Positions 8,392 through 15,703 of a stretch of DNA of 64,000 nt are shown in pieces. The position numbers and the translations under genes were made by a program. How positions within the stretch are numbered: position 1 is the first letter of the stretch; each line of letters starts with the position of its first letter. The stretch lies in IMG/VR virus record IMGVR_UViG_3300026078_000017, positions 62,001 through 126,000 of that record; one strand, 5' to 3'. The notes under the pieces were generated by a model that was not told the origin of the DNA, ran no database searches, and was given only the letters and a program-made list of their open reading frames with translations.

Positions 8392-9402
8392 ATGGCTTCT
8401 TTGACTATTTCCGAGCTTCGAAAAAGAAACAATTTCGAGATATTGCTCAAGAAAATTCAAGAGGGTCAACCCCTAGAACTCATCAAGGAAAAACAAGTTC
8501 AACTTGGTGTAGAAGCGGTCATTATCAAAGAAAGTCCTGAGTTGATTTCAGGTCTTCAGCAACTTGCGGAAGATCCTGAAGACTGCCTTGAAACAGTTTT
8601 TGGAGATCTTGTGAAGAACAAGTGTCTTCTACTGGAAACTACAATTGGCACACACATCACCTCAGGTGCCCTTCAGAAGACATGGGAGTTTGGAAGCCTA
8701 ACTTCAGCCATGGTTTACGAGAAGGAAAATCGTGAACAGAAGAACATTCAAAAGAACCTAAAACAACTAACAGTGTTTGGACTCAAGCCAATCACCTTGG
8801 TTATCAGGAGTCTTGGTGGACACACCTACACTTTTGAAAATGTGGCTGCTGTCAAAAATGCCAACAAGATGACAAAGGGCTGTTTTGGTAAGGCAGACTT
8901 TGACTTCGTAGACCTAGATGGGAATGTGATTTTTAACGCCTCTCACAAGTTCGGTAAGCGACCAAGACACTTTAGACAATGGTCTGGTCTCAAGAACTTT
9001 CACGAGCATCCTGAGGTCAAGCAGTTCGGAGAAGACCTGAAGGTTGCCATCGAAAAGGAACTGGTAGAAACCCTTAAGACCAAGGTTTTCCCTAAGACAC
9101 TTTCATTTGCACGAGCCATTCAGGATAACAATCTAAAGAAACAAGCCATCTTTGGAGAAAATGAAGTCAACTTCGTTATTCAGGGAAGATGTGAATTTGT
9201 TCCAACAGACATGCCTTTTAGGTTCGAACTAAAGGCTGGAATGATCTTAAGTCCAGATGATGATTTAAACCTGCTTGCTGATGGGTATCATCCTGTAATT
9301 CTTGCCAGACGTGGAGACCTAAAAAGAGGAGCGTTTGGCATCAAGGGTTGCAGAGGAATGATTTATCCCAAAAAGGGAAGAGCGATTCACAGATTTATAT
9401 GA
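8392..9402 (+). CDS. hypothetical protein, possible PD-(D/E)xK restriction-endonuclease-like nuclease
   Basis: 336 aa; GKADFDFVDLDGNVIFNASHK followed by FRQWSG resembles a D...SxK catalytic core; TACTTA 5 nt upstream. Confidence 0.45.
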   Translation: MASLTISELRKRNNFEILLKKIQEGQPLELIKEKQVQLGVEAVIIKESPELISGLQQLAEDPEDCLETVFGDLVKNKCLLLETTIGTHITSGALQKTWEFGSLTSAMVYEKENREQKNIQKNLKQLTVFGLKPITLVIRSLGGHTYTFENVAAVKNANKMTKGCFGKADFDFVDLDGNVIFNASHKFGKRPRHFRQWSGLKNFHEHPEVKQFGEDLKVAIEKELVETLKTKVFPKTLSFARAIQDNNLKKQAIFGENEVNFVIQGRCEFVPTDMPFRFELKAGMILSPDDDLNLLADGYHPVILARRGDLKRGAFGIKGCRGMIYPKKGRAIHRFI

Positions 9403-9734
9403 AGTCACGTAGAAAGTTCGGACAAGAAAAGCTTCCAAAACATCAGTGTGAGATTTGTGGGTTCTCCAAGAAGAAAGCCCTGAACTATCATCACATAATT
9501 CCTCAGGCTGACTCAAGGTGTACAAATGACAACACAAACCTTGCTGTGTTGTGTCACTGTTGTCACGACTTAGTTCATGCTGGAGAAATAACGATTATTG
9601 GCGTCTACAGCTCTACAGCCGGACGCCAATTAATGTTCTTTCACAAGGGAACCGAACCTCCTCTGGAACATCAGTTCTGGAAGGTTAAGGAAAATCCCTT
9701 GGTTGTTACTTTGTCTTCCAGTGATAGGCCATGA
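9399..9734 (+). CDS. HNH endonuclease
   Basis: Start re-assigned to ATG 9399 (ATGA overlap). CEICG...HHIIP...N...NLAVLCHCCHDLVH. Confidence 0.85.
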   Translation: MKSRRKFGQEKLPKHQCEICGFSKKKALNYHHIIPQADSRCTNDNTNLAVLCHCCHDLVHAGEITIIGVYSSTAGRQLMFFHKGTEPPLEHQFWKVKENPLVVTLSSSDRP

Positions 9735-10257
9735 TAATGTCTGGCAAGTCCGCTTTTCGGATTTTCTTTGCCCAATAATACGCAAGAAGTCGATGTGTGC
9801 CATCCACAACCATGTCGTCTTTAACAAGGGCTTTGTGAATAGCAGGAAATATTCCTTGCTTTTCAAGTTGCTTAACTAAAGCAAAAATATGAGCCACGTC
9901 AGCTTTGGTCTTCTTTACACCTTTGAATGTAAATCCCGACTTTGTCTTGTGAGCTTTTGCATACTTTTTTGCAAAAGCTTTCATAGAAAACTTCTCAAAT
10001 GGAGACTTCAAATCTCCTACTTCTTTCACTTCCATAGTAACAACTGCCATACCTGTCGAAAATGACATTGTGTCAGCAATCCACTTACGACCTGAAGCAA
10101 AAACACTAAATCTAAGTTGATTTTCTAATGGACTTTGAAGATCAGGAGACTCGATAAGTTTGGGAGAAATCAGTTTGACTTTTTCTGTTAAGGCGTGATC
10201 TCCTTCAAGAACAGAACAAACTGCCGCATGAACCGAACAGTCTCTTACTGTTTTCAT
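9706..10257 (-). CDS. hypothetical protein with ParB/Srx-like C-terminal motif
   Basis: VVDGTHRLLA matches the ParB-N DGxHR motif. Confidence 0.5.
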   Translation of the reverse strand: MKTVRDCSVHAAVCSVLEGDHALTEKVKLISPKLIESPDLQSPLENQLRFSVFASGRKWIADTMSFSTGMAVVTMEVKEVGDLKSPFEKFSMKAFAKKYAKAHKTKSGFTFKGVKKTKADVAHIFALVKQLEKQGIFPAIHKALVKDDMVVDGTHRLLAYYWAKKIRKADLPDIIMAYHWKTK

Positions 10258-10958
10258 TTAAATGGTTCTGCCAGGTTTCCATTTTCATCCTTAAGACCAA
10301 AAGCCTTAAGGGTAACTTCGAACTGACCTGTCTTGTCTACCATCTCAAGCATCTGTCTTGCAAGGTCTCTTACCTCAATCTGAGCATGCATGGAGTATCT
10401 CAAAGTCAAGAAGTGGTAAAATGAACGCCAGTTGAACATCACGTCAGCCTGGATTTGATTTCCATATGGCAAGTAATAACGAGCAGATTCCTTTGCGCGC
10501 TTTCTGTCCATACCCTTAGCTACAAGACGTTCTACTGCTCCATGATAGGTTCTGAGAGAATCCTCAAGGTATTGCACATAAAGCAAAACTTCATCTTCGG
10601 GCCAGTCTTGCGGAACATAGAACTTGTCACTCTTGAGTTCCTTGTATCTTGCCGACTCTCCATTTACCGAAACACCTACTCGGTGTTTGATGATGTGGAT
10701 GTGTGTGGCAATGTCTGTCGTAACCAAGAAGTGAATCGTGGACTTTTCAAATGGAGTCTCGTGATGATTCTCTGCAAGCATCGTCAAAAGTTTTGGCACC
10801 CTCTTCAGTTTATCTTCAGTTAACTCACGACTGGTTGAGGTCCAAGCAGACAAGGCATGCGTTAAGTCTCCACCATAGGTTCCAATGATCTCTACTTTGT
10901 TTTGGTGAATATCCTTGTGAGCTTGTGCAATTTCTTTATAGTCAAATCCTTCACTCAT
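10254..10958 (-). CDS. thyX: FAD-dependent thymidylate synthase
   Basis: HETPFEK, KHRVGVSVNGESARY (ThyX motif, first Arg replaced by Lys), KESARYYLP, NWRS, HAQIEVR. Confidence 0.92.
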   Translation of the reverse strand: MSEGFDYKEIAQAHKDIHQNKVEIIGTYGGDLTHALSAWTSTSRELTEDKLKRVPKLLTMLAENHHETPFEKSTIHFLVTTDIATHIHIIKHRVGVSVNGESARYKELKSDKFYVPQDWPEDEVLLYVQYLEDSLRTYHGAVERLVAKGMDRKRAKESARYYLPYGNQIQADVMFNWRSFYHFLTLRYSMHAQIEVRDLARQMLEMVDKTGQFEVTLKAFGLKDENGNLAEPFK

Positions 10959-11308
10959 TTTGTGTCCTCGATTAATTCTATCTTCTCGATCTCTTCTCTA
11001 AGCAAAAGATAGCCAAGAAGACGTTGATTGTTTGCGTCCTTCTTTACGACATTTAACTCAAGGAAGTCGATATTCGTTGGCTTCAAACCAAGTTGCTGTT
11101 TTCGGATAACAAAACCCTCCACGTATCCTCTTTGAACATCTTGCGAGTCCAAACGTTGATATGTGAGGGATTGTGTTTCGGATATTATTCCGATTTTTCT
11201 TGGATCCTTCAAAAACACTCGTATGAAGTCTCCAGTAAGGAGGTCATCCCATCCATAATTGGAGCTAGTGTTCTTTGAAGAAAAAAGGTTCTTGAGCCAA
11301 TCTAACAT
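10955..11308 (-). CDS. hypothetical protein
   Basis: 117-aa ORF coupled to thyX. Confidence 0.65.
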   Translation of the reverse strand: MLDWLKNLFSSKNTSSNYGWDDLLTGDFIRVFLKDPRKIGIISETQSLTYQRLDSQDVQRGYVEGFVIRKQQLGLKPTNIDFLELNVVKKDANNQRLLGYLLLREEIEKIELIEDTK

Positions 11309-11332
11309 CGGCCAAGTATACAGTGAATCGAC

Positions 11333-11578
11333 TTAGAATGAACCAGAGACCGAACCCGACATAAGCTGCCAGATTTGATTTGCAATATTTTGTTCAAGCT
11401 TGAACACAAGAGTTGGCTTACCACCATCATGAAGGTTCTGAAGCTGAGCAATTGGCACCTGTCTGATGCCAACATAAATGCGCGACACGCCATCTGTGTC
11501 TACAATACGACGTACTGTGTACGAAGAAGTAAGATACGTGTTTGTAAAGCCAAGAAAGGTTGAGTCAGGTGTAGTCAT
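11333..11578 (-). CDS. hypothetical protein
   Basis: 81-aa ORF; TAATTA 5 nt upstream. Confidence 0.6.
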   Translation of the reverse strand: MTTPDSTFLGFTNTYLTSSYTVRRIVDTDGVSRIYVGIRQVPIAQLQNLHDGGKPTLVFKLEQNIANQIWQLMSGSVSGSF

Positions 11579-11586
11579 GATTTTAA

Positions 11587-12237
11587 TTATTCTCCACCAA
11601 TCCCCATTCTTGGAGGATTATGGGAATATGGCTTTCTGTTGAGATTTTTCGAAACCTTTGCCATAACAGCCTTGGGTCCCTTTTGGTCAGAGTCATGACG
11701 ATCCATGTAAACCTCACCACCGCCAACCATGTTACGTCTAATAGAGTTTGTAGCCTTGTGTAAGCCCATCTTATCCAGAACGTTTTCCAGAATTTCTTCA
11801 ACGATTTCCCCAAGATAAGCTTGTGTTTGCTCTGACTCTGGCGTTGGAATGCCAACAAGGTGAGTTGTGATGGTTTCTGCTACATAACGAATCTTTGGTG
11901 GTTGAGCACCTGGCTTGTCTCCTTGCCAGAAGAAATCCCTGATTTGATCTCTGTGTTTTCCGTCATGAGTAACTGGACCGCTGGTTTCTCCGAAATTGTT
12001 AAAGTTCTCATCTGCGAGAGTACCGCCTCCATAAGGGGCAAGTAATGCTGCACCAGCAGAAACGCCATTAGCTTCTGAAACTTTCTTTTTGTCACCAGAC
12101 CACATAGTCTTGTGAGCTGGACCCATGTCCATTCCAAGGGGAGCACCACCAGTTGCACTAACTGCACCTGTTCCTACAGCGTTAAACTCGTCCAACTCTT
12201 GTTGAACCAGTTCCTCTATTAGTTGTTTAATCCCCAT
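11587..12237 (-). CDS. hypothetical protein with capsid-type leader
   Basis: MGIKQLIEELVQQELDE N-terminus; several internal [ILV]xE sites. Confidence 0.7.
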   Translation of the reverse strand: MGIKQLIEELVQQELDEFNAVGTGAVSATGGAPLGMDMGPAHKTMWSGDKKKVSEANGVSAGAALLAPYGGGTLADENFNNFGETSGPVTHDGKHRDQIRDFFWQGDKPGAQPPKIRYVAETITTHLVGIPTPESEQTQAYLGEIVEEILENVLDKMGLHKATNSIRRNMVGGGEVYMDRHDSDQKGPKAVMAKVSKNLNRKPYSHNPPRMGIGGE

Positions 12238-12859
12238 GTGTCATTCCTAGGTCGATACAGACGAGTCTGTTGTCTGGCGTAATACCCCAATGATCAAATC
12301 TGTCAATGTCGTCCATTCCAGCTTTTGTTAAATAGACGAACTTCCTGATAAGATCTTTTCCTCGTTTTGTAGGACGAACCTCATCGGCTTCTATGGGTTT
12401 CTTCTTTTTTTCGAATTCTTGAAATGCCTGAGCAGGGTCTTTTGGGGAGTTGTAGTTCTTCAGGAAGTCACCAAAGTGAATCAGCCAGTTTTCCGTAAGT
12501 CCGGTCGAACCAGTGAAGTCTTCATTTGTAGGCCATGTTTGTGCCCGTTCCACAATCATCCAGGCAAAATGTGGGTCATGGTCATAAATGACAGGACAGA
12601 AGTCCTTGCCAAAAGTCTCAAAGGCAGAGAACTCCATGGAACTTTGTTGAGCATCTGAGGCTATTTTGAGAACTTTGGTTGGAGTCAAGGCATAGGCAGT
12701 TCGTGCCATTCCATGCCCCAAAAGGACGAGTCCTGACTGTTTTGCATAGGCATTTCGTTCTTTATAGTTCCGAAGCTGCTTAAAATGCTCAAAGTCGAAG
12801 GATGCACCCTCGAAACTCTCCACAATTAAGGCTTCTAGGATTTCGCTTAGGAGTCCCAC
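12227..12859 (-). CDS. atypical protein-kinase-like protein (paralog 1)
   Basis: LLGHGMARTAY (Gly loop), KVLKIA (beta3 Lys), MEFSAFE (helix C Glu), DIDRFDHWG, IDLG (DFG-like). Confidence 0.7.
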   Translation of the reverse strand: MGLLSEILEALIVESFEGASFDFEHFKQLRNYKERNAYAKQSGLVLLGHGMARTAYALTPTKVLKIASDAQQSSMEFSAFETFGKDFCPVIYDHDPHFAWMIVERAQTWPTNEDFTGSTGLTENWLIHFGDFLKNYNSPKDPAQAFQEFEKKKKPIEADEVRPTKRGKDLIRKFVYLTKAGMDDIDRFDHWGITPDNRLVCIDLGMTHGD

Positions 12860-12867
12860 TCGGTTAA

Positions 12868-13542
12868 TTATACCGGCAAACCCTTGGAACGAAGAATTGC
12901 TTGCAACTTTTGCATGGAATCTTGTGGATTCTTGTGCAAAATGGCAATTCCGCCAGCGCTTTCAAACTTGGTCGTGTACTTGGTACGGTCATCGATCAAA
13001 ATCGAGTTAGGATTTGCGTACTTGTCCTTGTCCTGAGTACACACGAACTTGTCGAACATCCCAGGAAAATGGGAATCCATCCACTGTCGCTTTTCCTGCA
13101 TACAGCGTTCAATGTTGTTGTCTACAGGTGCCGTGAGAATACTTGGCTTACGACCAGTCATGGCTGCTGCCTGGGCAAGCATTTCCTTTGCTCCTGGCAT
13201 TTCTGGAAGATTGGCAAAGAAGCCCTCACGACCCGTCAGGGCGAACTTCTGTTCACGGTAGTGCTGCCATGCCTTCTTGAGAGCCTTGAGTCCAGGATCG
13301 GCTTGAGGACCCGCCAAACGCTTACGAAGCTCATCATCCGTGATGTGCATCAGGTCCGGGAAGTTTTTGAGCAATGCCATGTAGGTGTCACGTGCCTTTC
13401 CAGCACGTGGGTTTCCATCCAACACGCCTTGGTCGAAATCCGCCAGAACGCCATCCATGTCAAAGTAAATGACAGGCTCATTCAAGATGGACATTTCTGC
13501 CTCAACAATATTCTCGACCAAAATCTTTAATTCATCACTCAC
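12868..13542 (-). CDS. HAD-family 5'(3')-deoxyribonucleotidase
   Basis: IYFDMDGVLADF, ILTAP, EKRQW, ILIDDR. Confidence 0.88.
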   Translation of the reverse strand: MSDELKILVENIVEAEMSILNEPVIYFDMDGVLADFDQGVLDGNPRAGKARDTYMALLKNFPDLMHITDDELRKRLAGPQADPGLKALKKAWQHYREQKFALTGREGFFANLPEMPGAKEMLAQAAAMTGRKPSILTAPVDNNIERCMQEKRQWMDSHFPGMFDKFVCTQDKDKYANPNSILIDDRTKYTTKFESAGGIAILHKNPQDSMQKLQAILRSKGLPV

Positions 13543-14735
13543 AGAGCAAGTCTCCTAAAAAGTTCTGTTTCTCTACGTTCTTGTTCTTGTCCAAGCTCTT
13601 TACCAGAGAAACCCTGAGCCTGCAACTCAATTCCGGTTACTGAGTGTTCAAACTTGATAAATGCCTTCACCAAGTGGTCCTCAGGTTTTCCAACCATGTG
13701 GGAAAATTGGACCAAATCAGAATCTGACAACCGGGAGTTTTTGAAAAGCTTCTTTAATTTGTATGCATTCATCACAGAAAGTGACAAAAACATCGACAAA
13801 AATGACACTTGTGCCACTTCGTCCGCAGGGTATTTTAACTGATTGAGTTTGTTCATGAGAACCTTCCAAGGATTCTCTCTAAGCAAGTACCCAAGCATCA
13901 CAGGAATGTTTTTTGATTCCTTGAAGTCACGTGAGACAAGAAGTCCCGGAAAAATCTGTTCCCACAGATTGTACTCGGAAATCAGGTGAAAGAACTGAAC
14001 CACTGACTTGGCACTTTTGATGCCTTTCAAAAATTCATCCCTGATACGTTCGCCAGAAACTCCCTCAAGAGAGTTATTGGCCTTGATGGCTTGAGAAGTT
14101 GCGGGATCAAGTCCAGAACCAACTCGTGCAGCAAATCGAATTGCCCTGAGAATACGAAGTCGATCTTCATCGAATCGTTCTTCTGGTGAACCCACGGTAC
14201 GAATGACACCCTTTTCGATATCACCCATTCCACCAACATAGTCTACAATCTCTTGTTTCTCGATGTCGTAAAACAAGGCATTGATAGTCAAGTCACGACG
14301 TTGAACGTCCTGGTCGATACTGGTAAATGACACAGCATCTGGACGGCGTCCTTTTCCAATGTCCTGGCGGAAGGTGGCAATTTCGTACTCGTTTCCCTCG
14401 GGAGTGATAACTTTTACCACACCAAAGGACTTACCCACCTCCAAGATTTTGTAAGCAGGATTCTGTCTAAGAATCCCAACAACGTCATCCGGTTGAGCGT
14501 CTGTGGCAACGTCTAGGTCTTTTGGAGGCAGTCCCATGAGTGCATCACGAACAGACCCACCCACAAGGAAAAACTGTTTTCCGGCAGACTGAAACATCTT
14601 CGAAATCTGAAGAAGGTCTTCAGGCAGTGGAATATGAAATGACTTTCTTACCGGCTCAGCAGAAGACTCAGCAAGGATTTCATCAACATACTTGTTGACA
14701 AACTCAGACAGAAGGATTTCATGGGGTTTCTGCAT
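13539..14735 (-). CDS. cca: CCA-adding tRNA nucleotidyltransferase (class II; poly(A) polymerase family)
   Basis: LVGGSVRDALMG, KDLDVAT, RRDLTINAL, EDRLRILRAIRF, SGERIRDE. Confidence 0.9.
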   Translation of the reverse strand: MQKPHEILLSEFVNKYVDEILAESSAEPVRKSFHIPLPEDLLQISKMFQSAGKQFFLVGGSVRDALMGLPPKDLDVATDAQPDDVVGILRQNPAYKILEVGKSFGVVKVITPEGNEYEIATFRQDIGKGRRPDAVSFTSIDQDVQRRDLTINALFYDIEKQEIVDYVGGMGDIEKGVIRTVGSPEERFDEDRLRILRAIRFAARVGSGLDPATSQAIKANNSLEGVSGERIRDEFLKGIKSAKSVVQFFHLISEYNLWEQIFPGLLVSRDFKESKNIPVMLGYLLRENPWKVLMNKLNQLKYPADEVAQVSFLSMFLSLSVMNAYKLKKLFKNSRLSDSDLVQFSHMVGKPEDHLVKAFIKFEHSVTGIELQAQGFSGKELGQEQERRETELFRRLAL

Positions 14736-15552
14736 TTTCTTGCTTTACGAGATTTTTGAAGGTCCAACCAATGATTGCTAGGTCAAAGGCTACTCTGAAC
14801 TTAAGAGGCTTTGTTTGTGGTGTCTCAACTGTGGAAGTTTGTTCACATCCAAGTTCATAAACAAATGTTTCTGCTGTAGTTTTGTTGGCATCCTCAAGTT
14901 GCCACACACCCTTTTTCCTAGAGACTCCAACGGCTTCTTGAAGATTGTAAATAGCCCCTCTGTTCTTCTGATTGCGGAAGAGGTAAGGTTCATTGTCCTT
15001 TATAGTAGTATCCTCGTGAAAGTCAAGGAAAAACGTTGGATTGAACTTGATTATTTCCTTACGGATATCCGTGACGTACTTTGGAGGACGAACCTTGGCA
15101 AACTTAAATCTTGACTTGGTCTCATTTTTGCTTATCCAGACTGAGTTGAGGTTGATCTTGTTGTTCTCTTTACGCTGTTTGTTGTTCCAGGCGTCATGAC
15201 CAACAAGAGGAGAAATCATCAAGGAGAAGTCCTTGCTTATCAGGGCACCTTTTGGGGTATTTTCTAACCAGGTCAAAAGAGCAATTGGACCAGCACGTTC
15301 TTCTCCGTGAATACCTGCATTAAACAATACCTTTTGGGGTCCTTTACCCAAGAAGTACACAGATCTGCCAAATCTCATACGTTTAGCGCGAAACCCATGA
15401 ACCTTTGCTGCCTTGTCAAAGCGTTTCATGAAGCTTTCGGCAGACAAGTTGTTTATTTTGTACAGTTTTGGCAAAAAACCTTCAAGTTTTGCCACTTCTG
15501 TAGTAACAATTCTCTTTCTCCATGCAGATTTGGTTCGGGGAGTGATTGCCAT
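14719..15552 (-). CDS. M14-family Zn carboxypeptidase/desuccinylase-like protein
   Basis: AGIHGEERAG (HxxE), NLN, FLDFHE, VETP. Confidence 0.75.
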   Translation of the reverse strand: MAITPRTKSAWRKRIVTTEVAKLEGFLPKLYKINNLSAESFMKRFDKAAKVHGFRAKRMRFGRSVYFLGKGPQKVLFNAGIHGEERAGPIALLTWLENTPKGALISKDFSLMISPLVGHDAWNNKQRKENNKINLNSVWISKNETKSRFKFAKVRPPKYVTDIRKEIIKFNPTFFLDFHEDTTIKDNEPYLFRNQKNRGAIYNLQEAVGVSRKKGVWQLEDANKTTAETFVYELGCEQTSTVETPQTKPLKFRVAFDLAIIGWTFKNLVKQENAETP

Positions 15553-15605
15553 AAAGGTAACTATGGCAACCTCGTTCCCAGGGGACGCATTTTTGGAGAA
15601 GACTT

Positions 15606-15697
15606 TATAAGCCCCTATAAGCCTTCAGGTTTTTATAGGTCGAGACCTACCGGGAAACCCTTTTGGGGTTTCCTAGAGCTATCTGAAGGCTTATAGG
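15606..15697. repeat. nested inverted-repeat element (three-way junction or cruciform)
   Basis: Perfect 15-bp arms 15614-15628 and 15683-15697 enclosing hairpins 15636-15649 and 15653-15673. Confidence 0.8.
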
Positions 15698-15703
15698 CAT
15701 ATT

